Assembly (NCBI GenBank): GCA_963677485.1 | Contig: OY781964.1 | Location: 1,600,001 to 1,664,000 of the forward strand | Length of the DNA stretch: 64,000 nucleotides | Direction of reading: 5' to 3' | Origin: Armatimonadota bacterium | GTDB lineage: Bacteria > Armatimonadota > HRBIN16 | In this document: positions 38,689-47,601 of the stretch, piece by piece | How the letters are laid out: every line of letters starts with the position of its first letter | Position numbering within the stretch: position 1 is the stretch's first letter | Made by a program: the position numbers and the translations under genes | Notes under the pieces: model-generated | What the model was told of the DNA's origin: nothing | Database searches by the model: none | What the model saw: the letters and a program-made list of their open reading frames with translations, nothing else

Positions 38689-40374
38689 CTAGCTGCGGGC
38701 GGCGGTGCGGATTTCGATGAGCTTCTTCATGACCGCATACAGGTTGCCCTGCAAGTCCTTGGTGCCGAAGGCGTCATGCATCTCTTTGTAGAGCTTATAT
38801 AGCTCTGCGTAGACGGCGGCGTTCTCAGGAATGGGCTCGTAGCGCACTTCCTTCAAGCCGCACATCGCATCCATCGCGGTTTCGAAGTTGTCGAATCCGC
38901 CAGCCTTGCTTCCGGCGACCACAGCCCCCACGATGGCACTGCCCAGAGCACAGGTCTGGCTGCTTCGCGAGACCAGCATGGTGCGGTTTATGATGTCAGC
39001 ATATATCTGCATCACCACAGGGTTCTTCTCGGCGATGCCACCGCAGTTCACCACCTCGTTGATCTTCACGCCATACTCCTCGAAGCGGTTGATGATCGCC
39101 AGCGCACCGAAGGCGGTGGCTTCAATCAACGCGCGGTAGATCTCCGCAGGGGTGCTGTGCAGCGTCTGACCCACCATCAGGCCGGTCAACCGCTGGTCGC
39201 CCAGGATGGTGCGGTTGCCGTTGTTCCAGTCGAGTGAAAGCAACCCGCTTTCGCCGGGTTTCAGCTTGCCGGCACCCTTTGTGAGGGCGGCGTGACCGCC
39301 TTTATCGCCCATCGGCTGCACGACATTCACGAACCAGTTGAAGATATCGCCCACCGCGCTCTGTCCGGCTTCAAATCCCCAGTAACCGGGCAGGATCGAG
39401 CCATCCACGATGCCGCACAGTCCGGGGATATCGGCGATCTGCTCGGAGTTGGGCAGCACCATCAGGTCGCAGGTTGAGGTGCCCAGCGTCTTCACCAGCC
39501 GTCCAGCCTTGATCCCGGCACCAATACCGCCGAAGTGCGCATCAAACGCCCCCACGGCCACGGGAATGCCCACAGGCAGACCGAGCTTGGCCGCCCATTC
39601 TGGGCAGAGGGTTCCTGCCGCCTCATCTGCGGTGTAGGCCACATCGAACAGCTTCGCACGCACCGCACCCAGCTCCGGCGAGAGCGCACTCAAGAATTCG
39701 GCATCGGGCAGACCGCCCCACTTGGCGTTATACATCGCTTTATGGCCAGCCGCGCAAACCCCGCGTTTGATCTTGGCCGGGTGGGTGGTGTCGCACAAAA
39801 CCGCCGGGATGTAGTCGGCGATCTCAACCCAGCTTGCGGCCGCGTTCCACACCTTCGGGTCCACTTTAGCGCAGTGCCAGAGCTTACTGAAGAACCACTC
39901 GCTGGAGTAGCTGTTGCCGCACTTGGCCATATACTGGGGCCGCATCTTCAGACCCAATTCGGTGATCGCCACCGCCTCTTCAGTGCCGGTATGGTCCTTC
40001 CAAAGCCAGGCCATGGCGTTTAGATTATCGGCATACTCGGTTTGGAAGGCCAGCGGAGTGCCCTCTGCGTCCACAGGAAGCGGGGTTGATCCGGTGGTGT
40101 CGACGCCGATGCCAATCACGTTGGCGGGATCAAATCCGGGCACCGATTTGGCGATCTCCATCGCCGCCATCGTCGCCTCTTCAGCCCCTTCAAGATAGTC
40201 CATCGGGTGCTGTCGGGCGAGATTAGGATCGCGAGGGTCCAGCAGGATACCCTCCTCACCCTGGGTATATCCAAACACCGCGCTGCCTGCTTCAAAACCG
40301 TCGGTCACGCGCACCAAAATGGCGCGCACCGAGTTCGTGCCGTAATCCAAACCAAGCGTATACTTATCAGCCAT
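38689..40374 (-). CDS. araB: Ribulokinase (FGGY family)
   Basis: LGLDYGTNSVRA, ARQHPMDY, GVDTTGSTP, WKDHT, YSSEWF, EAGQSAVGD, LDWNNGNRT. Confidence 0.93.
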   Translation of the reverse strand: MADKYTLGLDYGTNSVRAILVRVTDGFEAGSAVFGYTQGEEGILLDPRDPNLARQHPMDYLEGAEEATMAAMEIAKSVPGFDPANVIGIGVDTTGSTPLPVDAEGTPLAFQTEYADNLNAMAWLWKDHTGTEEAVAITELGLKMRPQYMAKCGNSYSSEWFFSKLWHCAKVDPKVWNAAASWVEIADYIPAVLCDTTHPAKIKRGVCAAGHKAMYNAKWGGLPDAEFLSALSPELGAVRAKLFDVAYTADEAAGTLCPEWAAKLGLPVGIPVAVGAFDAHFGGIGAGIKAGRLVKTLGTSTCDLMVLPNSEQIADIPGLCGIVDGSILPGYWGFEAGQSAVGDIFNWFVNVVQPMGDKGGHAALTKGAGKLKPGESGLLSLDWNNGNRTILGDQRLTGLMVGQTLHSTPAEIYRALIEATAFGALAIINRFEEYGVKINEVVNCGGIAEKNPVVMQIYADIINRTMLVSRSSQTCALGSAIVGAVVAGSKAGGFDNFETAMDAMCGLKEVRYEPIPENAAVYAELYKLYKEMHDAFGTKDLQGNLYAVMKKLIEIRTAARS

Positions 40375-40518
40375 TCATCGATTCCTCCAGTAAGATTTCT
40401 GATCACTGTTACTATTATGCAACCTAATGTCGGCTTTTGTACCGTGCCGAACGGCTCGCAAACAAGTAGAATGAAAATAGTAATGAAATTGCACGTCAAG
40501 TTTCAGGAGTAGCACACA

Positions 40519-40848
40519 ATGAGCCAGTTTCAAGCACGAGCCGCAGTGGCCAAAGCACTTGCCCATCCCAGCCGATTGATCATGTTAGACGCGTTGGAAC
40601 CGGGGGAAAAATGCGTGTGTGACCTTCAAAAACTGGTCGGAGCAGATATCTCCACCGTGTCCAAGCACCTCTCGGTGTTGAAAGCCGCAGGGCTGGTGAT
40701 TGACCGTAAAGAAGGACTGTGGGTATATTACCGCCTGACCTGCCCTTGCCTGGGTGAATTCATGCGGTGCATTGACGGCGTGATCGACCGCCAGAAGCGC
40801 GCCGAAGATTTGAAGGACCGCCCCACCACCGGCTGTTTCTGCGGATAG
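40519..40848 (+). CDS. ArsR/SmtB family regulator
   Basis: KALAHPSRL, EKCVCDL, STVSKHLSVLKAAGLV, RKEGLWVYYRL, CPC. Confidence 0.93.
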   Translation: MSQFQARAAVAKALAHPSRLIMLDALEPGEKCVCDLQKLVGADISTVSKHLSVLKAAGLVIDRKEGLWVYYRLTCPCLGEFMRCIDGVIDRQKRAEDLKDRPTTGCFCG

Positions 40849-40894
40849 TCACCTGCCGCGGGCGGGAAGCCCATCGAAGAGGACCCGCTAGTCA

Positions 40895-40975
40895 TAGGGG
40901 CGTCCCTTGTGGGCGCCCTAACCGTTGTTCAGTCGATAGTTCGTGTTTTAGGGCGCCCACAAGGGACGCCCCTAC
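40895..40975. repeat. REP doublet (REPIN)
   Basis: taggggcgtcccttgtgggcgcccta...tagggcgcccacaagggacgccccta perfect inverted arms. Confidence 0.88.
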
Positions 40976-41101
40976 GACCAGTTAAATACAAATATGTATT
41001 GGCACTACCCACAAATTACAAATCGATTGTCGGCCTACCGCAGGTGCCATCGAATAATCCCGCCAGGTTATCTTCCCCATCAAACAGGTGACCACGCGGT
41101 A

Positions 41102-41482
41102 CTATCGCTGTTTTAGGTATGCCGCGTATGCTGCGGCATCCATCAATTCGCTGAGTTGAGACTTATCTGACAACTTCACCTTGACCAGCCAGCTATCGTA
41201 AGGTGCCGCATTGATGGCCTCCGCGGCCTTCTCAAGCGGCTTGTTGGATTCCAGCACTTCACCCGTAACCGGGGTAATGAGATCACTGGATGCTTTAATG
41301 GATTCAACTGTACCAAACATCTCATCGTGTATAATCTGTGTGCCTGCGTCACGCAGCTCTAGAAATGAGATATCGCCCAGTTCCCCTTGCGCAAAATCGG
41401 TGATGCCGATAGTGGCTATATCGCCCTCTACCAGTATCCATTCATCAGTTTTTGTGTATAACAGGTTGCTTGGGATATTCAT
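41102..41482 (-). CDS. gcvH: Glycine cleavage system H protein
   Basis: YTKTDEW, IGITDFAQGELGDI, lipoyl site VESIKASSD, PVTGEV. Confidence 0.95.
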   Translation of the reverse strand: MNIPSNLLYTKTDEWILVEGDIATIGITDFAQGELGDISFLELRDAGTQIIHDEMFGTVESIKASSDLITPVTGEVLESNKPLEKAAEAINAAPYDSWLVKVKLSDKSQLSELMDAAAYAAYLKQR

Positions 41483-41544
41483 TCATTCTCTCCTGACGTT
41501 TCGTTGTGATGGCACTCTTATCTATATTACCCGGTCGCCCCGTT

Positions 41545-41578
41545 AAAAGAGAACCCCCCGGTTCGTGGCCGAGGGGTA
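41545..41578 (-). terminator. Intrinsic terminator of SLH gene 1
   Basis: acccctcggccacgaaccggggggt hairpin then tctctttt on the minus strand; sister copy at 43955-43988. Confidence 0.75.
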
Positions 41579-41599
41579 TGAGGCGGTCAAAGAACTGTG

Positions 41600-43525
41600 C
41601 TAGAACTTTACGCTCAACTGAGCTAAAGCAACACCGGCCTTTTGATCACGGCCCAGAATCGTGCCGTCCGTCAGACCTGGCTCAAAGTAAGTGTTGCCCT
41701 TCGTATTCACGTCAATCAGCTGGTACATCAGTTTGAGGCTGGTGTTCTCAGCCACTGCCATATTGCCATACACAGTGATGTAGTTCTCATACGGGCGGGT
41801 ACGGGTTCCAACTACGGTGGTGTAGTTCTTCAGATCCCATAGCACCGCTTCGTATTCTACACCAAGGGTGGTGGTGTCAGTCATCTTCCACGCCAGGTTA
41901 GCATCAATATGACCAAGCTTGTCCTGTGGTGTGAATGGACTGGTGACACCCTTCTCGGTGCTACGGATCCCTTCAAAATACCCACCGTTGATGAGAAGGT
42001 CAAGCTTGCTTGTCTTCCAGTTGAGTTCACCGATCACCCCCTTGATACCAGTGGGGTTGATCCACGATCCTAAGCTAACCCAATAACCCGGGCTAATGAA
42101 GTAAGGTGCGAACTCCCGGTAGCCGATGCCGAGGTATCCGCTTTCGCCAATGCCGTAACGGAAACCAGCCATGATGGCATAGTTCTTTGAGGACAGCTTC
42201 GTTGAGTCGCCCTTCATCAGGTCACTCTGAGCGTAGTTAGCATAGACGTTGGTGCGCGGAAGCAGATCATTCCAAAGTAAGTCTGCACCATAAAGCCCCA
42301 GTCGGTTAGTAGGGCCAGTCTGCAGACCAAGGATTTCACCATTCGCCATCGTATCGTAGCCCATCTGTGCGTAGTTCAGTTTTAGGCTGATGTTTTCATT
42401 CGCTTGTATGCCGACCTTGACACCTGCGGATTGTGTGATATCGATGTTGTTCCAGGCGATTCGGACGCTTTGGCCATTGACCGGTAGGGTACTGATGGCC
42501 GTCATCATCATATTATCGGTATACAAGTTGGATCCGACTGTGTTATTCTTGCCAGCCCACAATCCTAACGAGATTGCACCCCAGTTTGTGTCGAGCTTTG
42601 CGCCATCCATGCTGTACAGACCGTTGGAATAACGGTCGATGCTGTTATACCAGTCGACGACTGGCTTTCGCATCAGCAGCGGATTGATGGAGTTTTCGTA
42701 GCGCCCGACAGTCAAGTCAGACTGCTTGCCAAATATGCTGACAGGGGTATTCACCGTCGCTTTCCAAATCACGACGTCTGTAGCTGGCTTGTCGTTGAAT
42801 GAAGCCGAGAACATGGAGGGGCTGCCCAGATAGTTCAGGTAGTTGCCGACAACGATCGTCGCTTCAGTCCTGGTGGTCTCGGAGAGCTGTCCCGTGATAT
42901 TCAGACCGAGTTCGTGAAGCACATTCATGTCGCTCATCAGACTCTTCTTCTGAGTAGGGATGCCGTTCTTGTCGATGGCACTCTTGTTGTCGATCATCTG
43001 GGTTCCGCGTGCGATGAAGTCTATGGTTCCACCGATTTGGATGCGGGCCATTGCATTTTCAATCGCATCAACACGCTTCTGCAGATCGGAGGTCTCCTTC
43101 TTCAGAGCTTCGACATCCACACCTAACGCTGCCAGCTCATCTTGAAATTCTATGGTCAGCTTCTGCGTTTTGGCATAGTCGTCTTTCAGCTTCGCCAAGT
43201 CTTCGGCAACCTTGGGGTCGAGTTTAGTCTCCACTTTGGTGATGGTTTCACCGGGTTTAACCACGCCGCTTTTGGCCTCAAGAGCACCCATGCGGATTTT
43301 CAGGAGGGCCAACGCATCGCGCAGGGCTATGGCGAACTCGTAACGGGTCAGATTGCGGTTTCCCTTGAATGTGCCATCAGGATATCCGTTGATGATGCCA
43401 TCATTGGCCAATTCCTGTACGGCGTCGTAGGCCCAGTGACCGGTGGGCACGTCAGGAAAGGTCTGGGCAAAAGCCGATGAGCTGATGAGCAGTACAACAC
43501 TCAAACTAACGATAATGCGGTTCAT
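41600..43525 (-). CDS. SLH domain-coiled coil-outer membrane beta-barrel protein (OmpM/SlpA-like), paralog 1
   Basis: Signal peptide, FPDVPTGHWAYDAV...GYPDGTFKGNRNLTRYEFA, EFQDELAALG, C-terminal beta-signal QLSVKF; start 43525 behind AGGAGG. Confidence 0.9.
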   Translation of the reverse strand: MNRIIVSLSVVLLISSSAFAQTFPDVPTGHWAYDAVQELANDGIINGYPDGTFKGNRNLTRYEFAIALRDALALLKIRMGALEAKSGVVKPGETITKVETKLDPKVAEDLAKLKDDYAKTQKLTIEFQDELAALGVDVEALKKETSDLQKRVDAIENAMARIQIGGTIDFIARGTQMIDNKSAIDKNGIPTQKKSLMSDMNVLHELGLNITGQLSETTRTEATIVVGNYLNYLGSPSMFSASFNDKPATDVVIWKATVNTPVSIFGKQSDLTVGRYENSINPLLMRKPVVDWYNSIDRYSNGLYSMDGAKLDTNWGAISLGLWAGKNNTVGSNLYTDNMMMTAISTLPVNGQSVRIAWNNIDITQSAGVKVGIQANENISLKLNYAQMGYDTMANGEILGLQTGPTNRLGLYGADLLWNDLLPRTNVYANYAQSDLMKGDSTKLSSKNYAIMAGFRYGIGESGYLGIGYREFAPYFISPGYWVSLGSWINPTGIKGVIGELNWKTSKLDLLINGGYFEGIRSTEKGVTSPFTPQDKLGHIDANLAWKMTDTTTLGVEYEAVLWDLKNYTTVVGTRTRPYENYITVYGNMAVAENTSLKLMYQLIDVNTKGNTYFEPGLTDGTILGRDQKAGVALAQLSVKF

Positions 43526-43625
43526 GTAGTTCCTCCTGCAGATTAATGGCTGGAAGGTCGACGATGGATTTGCTGTATGCCAGCCGCAAGACGCCACCTA
43601 ACTGAAACCCCAATCATCACATGAA

Positions 43626-43659
43626 CATGATAGAGCCGTCCCAGGTTTCCTCTATCATG
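43626..43659 (-). ncRNA. Conserved leader hairpin, copy 1
   Basis: Sense strand catgatagag-gaaa-cc-tgggac-gg-ctctatcatg. Confidence 0.65.
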
Positions 43660-43954
43660 GTGCATGCCTGTTGTTCTTCAGCATTGGCTGACGGCCGGCG
43701 ATGATTCGTGTGTCCGATCACAAAGATGCTTTGCCTTAGCAAGCATCAAGTGCTGTTTTTCAACAGTGAGATAGTCGGGTATTTCTTTTACGGAACACAC
43801 TGCCATGATGGTACCATGCTGACCACAACGAAATCTATAGATATCGAAGCTATTATGCAAATTATTGATATTCGTCTCTCATGGTATTAAGGCACATCAC
43901 GGCTGCGTCCATAGTCACAAAACATGTCGCGTGACTACGAAAGGTCAGGCAACC

Positions 43955-43988
43955 AAAAAAAGAACCCCCCGGTTTATGGCCGGGGGGT
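43955..43988 (-). terminator. Intrinsic terminator of SLH gene 2
   Basis: ccccccggccataaaccgggggg hairpin followed by ttcttttttt on the minus strand. Confidence 0.85.
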
Positions 43989-44010
43989 ATGAGGCGGTTA
44001 CGGAGTCGAG

Positions 44011-45939
44011 CTAGAACTTAACGCTCAACTGTGCAATCGCGACGCCAGCCTTCTGATAGCGGCCCAAGATTGAGCCATCAGACAGACCTGGTTCGAAGTA
44101 GTTATTGCCCTTGGAGTTCACGTCAATCATCTGATACATCAGTTTCAAGCTCGTGTTCTCTGCAAGTGCCATATTACCATACACAGTTACGTAGTTCTCA
44201 TATGGGCGAGTGCGTACACCAGCAACGTTGGTGTAGTTCTTCAGGTCCCATAATACGGCTTCGTACTCTACACCAAGGGTGGTGGTGTCATTCGTCTTCC
44301 ACGCCAGGTTAGCGTCGACATGGCCGACCTTGTCCTGAGGTGTGAATGGGCTGGTAACACCCTTCTCTGTGGTGCGGATTCCTTCGTAGTAGCCACCATT
44401 GACGGTGAGGTCAATTTTGTTCATGTTCCAGGTCAGCTTGCCATCAACACCCTTGATACCGCTGGGGTTGATCCAAGAGCCGATACGGCCCCAGTAACCA
44501 GGAGTCACGAAGTAAGGAGCTACTTCACGGTAACCTGCGCCGATGGAGATGTTCTCACCGATGCTGTAGTTAAGGCCAGCCAATACGGCATAGTTCTTAG
44601 CGGACAGCTTCGATTTGTCATTCAGCATCAGGTCGCTCTGTGCGTAGTTGGCATACATGTTCAATGCAGGGATCAGGTTGTCCCATGCCATATCTGCGCC
44701 GTATACGCCTAGTCGGTTGGTGGCGCCAGTCTGTAGGCCAAGGATAGAACCATTAGCCATGGTGTCGTAGCCCATCTGAGCATAGTTCAACTTAACCTTG
44801 ATATTCTCGTTCACTTGCATGCCGAGGTTTACACCTGCGGACTGGGTGACGAAGATATAAGGGGTGTTGGCAGTGCGGATGCTCTGGCCAGCCACTGGTA
44901 ATGAGCTGCTAGCAGCCATCAGCAGGTTGTTGCTGGAAAGGTTAGAACCGACGGTGCCGTTCTTACCTGCCCATGCGCCAAGGGTGACGGGGCCCCAGTT
45001 GGTACTGAGTTTTGCGCCGTCCATGCTGTACATGCCGTTGGAATAACGGTCGATGCTGGTGTACCAGTCAACGACGGGCTTGCTCATCAGCAGCGGGTTG
45101 ATTGAGTTCTCGTAGCGACCGACGGTCATGTCAACTTGCTTGCCAAATACGCTAACAGGGGTGTTAACGGTGGCTTTCCAGATGACGATGTCGGTTGCAG
45201 GAGCGTTGTTGTAAGATGCCGGGAAGACGGATGGGCTACCCAAGTAATCCAGCCAGTTGCCAATCACGATGGTTGCATCAGCAGTGGTGGTCTCGGAGAG
45301 CTGGCCTTTGATGTTCAGGCCGAGTTCATGAAGAACATTCATGTCACCCAACAGGCTCTTCTTCTGGGTAGGAATACCGTTCTTGTCGATGGCGCTCTTG
45401 TTGTCGATCAACTGGGTGCCGCGCACTACGAAGTCCACGGTTCCACTGATCTGGAGGCGAGCCATTGCTTTTTCAATAGCATCAACGCGCTTCTGCAGAT
45501 CGGAGGTGTCCTTCTTCAATGCTTCGACATCCACACCTAATGCGGCCAGCTCGTCCTGGAATTCCATAGCAAGCTTCTGCATTTTGGCATAGTCGGCGTT
45601 CAGTTTGGCCACTTCTTCAGCAACCTTGGGGTCGGTTACTGTTTGGACTTTGGTGATGGTTTCGCCAGGTGTGACCACACCGCTTTTGGCTTCGAGAGCA
45701 GCCATGCGGGATTTCAGGGTGGCCAGCGCGTCGCGCAGTGCAAGAGCGAACTCGTAACGGGTTAGGTTACGGTTACCCTTGAATGTGCCATCAGGATATC
45801 CCTTGATAATACCATCATTGGACAATTCCTGGATGGCGTCGTAGGCCCAGTGCCCGGTGGGCACGTCAGGATAGGTCTGGGCAAAGGCTGCGGAGCTGAT
45901 AAGCAGTGCAGCACCCAAGCTAACGATAATGCGGTTCAT
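44011..45939 (-). CDS. SLH-coiled coil-beta-barrel protein, paralog 2
   Basis: Same architecture, visibly closest to paralog 1; ends AQLSVKF. Confidence 0.9.
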   Translation of the reverse strand: MNRIIVSLGAALLISSAAFAQTYPDVPTGHWAYDAIQELSNDGIIKGYPDGTFKGNRNLTRYEFALALRDALATLKSRMAALEAKSGVVTPGETITKVQTVTDPKVAEEVAKLNADYAKMQKLAMEFQDELAALGVDVEALKKDTSDLQKRVDAIEKAMARLQISGTVDFVVRGTQLIDNKSAIDKNGIPTQKKSLLGDMNVLHELGLNIKGQLSETTTADATIVIGNWLDYLGSPSVFPASYNNAPATDIVIWKATVNTPVSVFGKQVDMTVGRYENSINPLLMSKPVVDWYTSIDRYSNGMYSMDGAKLSTNWGPVTLGAWAGKNGTVGSNLSSNNLLMAASSSLPVAGQSIRTANTPYIFVTQSAGVNLGMQVNENIKVKLNYAQMGYDTMANGSILGLQTGATNRLGVYGADMAWDNLIPALNMYANYAQSDLMLNDKSKLSAKNYAVLAGLNYSIGENISIGAGYREVAPYFVTPGYWGRIGSWINPSGIKGVDGKLTWNMNKIDLTVNGGYYEGIRTTEKGVTSPFTPQDKVGHVDANLAWKTNDTTTLGVEYEAVLWDLKNYTNVAGVRTRPYENYVTVYGNMALAENTSLKLMYQMIDVNSKGNNYFEPGLSDGSILGRYQKAGVAIAQLSVKF

Positions 45940-46042
45940 GTGGTTCCTCCTTCAGATAATTAACTGAAAGGTAGACGGTGTTTTTTAGGTATACCAGCCG
46001 CAAGCCTCCGTCTAACTGAAACCACAAACATCACATCAACAT

Positions 46043-46070
46043 CATAGAGCCTTCCCAGGTTACCTCTATG
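46043..46070 (-). ncRNA. Conserved leader hairpin, copy 2
   Basis: Sense strand catagag-gtaa-cc-tgggaa-gg-ctctatg. Confidence 0.65.
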
Positions 46071-46281
46071 TATGATGGACGCCTGCCGTAGGTCATCATT
46101 AGCTGACGGCTGGTTACCAATCGTGTGCCCAATAAGCGGAGATGCGCCGCTTCGGTTAGCATCTACCTCTGTTCCACAACAGAGCAAATATCGGGAAGTG
46201 CCCATTACGCACTACACACTGCCATGATGGTACCATGCTGTTGACACGGAATGCAATAGATTTCTAGAGTTTTCGGTAAAT

Positions 46282-47358
46282 TTACTGTGAATATCGAAAA
46301 TTTCTCCAAAACTGGTCAAAATCGTCTCTAGAAGGCGGTAGTCGCCAACCCGAAACGGGCGGCATATTGGGGTTGGGCACTACCCATTCGGGGATGACCA
46401 TGGTTGACTGTGCTGTTTTTGGGTTTTGGGCGGTATACCGGGCACTGTTCATAGCCCTCTCCGCTTTATTTAAATGGATCTGAATGTCCATCGCAGTTTT
46501 CTTGATAGAGCCGGGATCAAAACCGAGTGCTTGGAGTTCTCCTGAGAATTCGTAGCACAGGGCGACCTGCGTGACATTGTGTTGACTCAGAATAACACCC
46601 TCAGACAACAGCTTGGTTTCAGTTTCAACATCTTGATGATTATGTGACATTTCGTCGCACCAGCGGTTGACCGCAGCTTCATGCTTTGCTACCATAATCT
46701 CCAAGATGGCGGGTACAGTCATGACCATGCGGGCAAACTCATGTGGTGTGGTTTGCTGATAACTCTCTTTGGTCGGAACCCGAAATCCGGTCAGCACGCC
46801 ATCCGCAATCATCTTCCGGACAGCATCGTACGCCCAATGGTCGGAGTTAACCCCTGGCCCGTCTTGCCTAAACGAAAATAGCGACAATGCTCTTCTGATG
46901 GTGGATATAGCATTTTCTAAATCAGTGCTGAGTTTAGGAGGCTCGGTTACGTCTACAGATCGTGCGGCCAATTCGTCCTGAAATTCAATTGATAGTTTCA
47001 ATACTACCCTTACTTGTTTAGATAGATCAGTGGCAGTTTCAAGTAGCTTCTGGTAACGCTCACGTTCTGTGCGAGACGCCATGGCTATATCCGAGAAGCG
47101 CAGTTTTGGTAGAGCGGGCAGTGCATCCATGTTCTTACGAACCGAATTTACAGCCTCAATGAGGATCGTGGTAGCCTGGTCACGGGTGTATGCGGTATTG
47201 GCATCCACACCGCTCGGTCTTTTGACTACCCCGACTTCCTCCAACTCCTTAAACGCATCATAGGTCCAATGGCCAAGGGGAACAGTGGGACTTATTTGAG
47301 CCATCAGCACGGAACTCATCAGTGCAATCGCGACGATCAGTGAACACACACGGTTCAT
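46282..47358 (-). CDS. Secreted protein with two SLH-coiled-coil modules and no beta-barrel
   Basis: Signal peptide from ATG 47358 (RBS GGAGG); VPLGHWTYDAFKELEEVGVV...EFQDELAA and VNSDHWAYDAVRKMIADGVLTG...EFSGELQALG; Pro-rich tail. Confidence 0.75.
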   Translation of the reverse strand: MNRVCSLIVAIALMSSVLMAQISPTVPLGHWTYDAFKELEEVGVVKRPSGVDANTAYTRDQATTILIEAVNSVRKNMDALPALPKLRFSDIAMASRTERERYQKLLETATDLSKQVRVVLKLSIEFQDELAARSVDVTEPPKLSTDLENAISTIRRALSLFSFRQDGPGVNSDHWAYDAVRKMIADGVLTGFRVPTKESYQQTTPHEFARMVMTVPAILEIMVAKHEAAVNRWCDEMSHNHQDVETETKLLSEGVILSQHNVTQVALCYEFSGELQALGFDPGSIKKTAMDIQIHLNKAERAMNSARYTAQNPKTAQSTMVIPEWVVPNPNMPPVSGWRLPPSRDDFDQFWRNFRYSQ

Positions 47359-47549
47359 AGTTACCCTCCGTTGTGGCCTGCTCTCAGCAGACCAGTTATG
47401 ATCGAAACGGCACGTGTGAAGATGATATGCATGGTCATGATCACAACGCAACCGATTCATGGACGAACGGTGGAACCCATTTGTTACCACCGATCCGACA
47501 TAAATACGGGGTAAACAGCCTGTTGATCGGTCCGGTTGATACATATAAC

Positions 47550-47580
47550 AAAATGGCTCCCGGACCGAAGTCCGGGAGCC
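47550..47580 (-). terminator. Intrinsic terminator of SLH gene at 47602
   Basis: ggctcccggacttcggtccgggagcc (UUCG loop) then atttt; identical hairpin at 50653-50678. Confidence 0.88.
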
Positions 47581-47601
47581 CGAGTTGGTGGCAGGATGCT
47601 G

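Noticed and set aside
41483-41545. Glycine riboswitch upstream of gcvH
   Set aside because: Only about 60 nt lie between the terminator and start; aptamer motifs are absent.
43626-43659. Leader hairpin as a c-di-GMP-I or preQ1-I riboswitch
   Set aside because: Only superficial GGAAACC/AGAGG similarity; it lacks the GACGCAAAG junction and second stem of c-di-GMP-I and the loop consensus and A-rich tail of preQ1-I.
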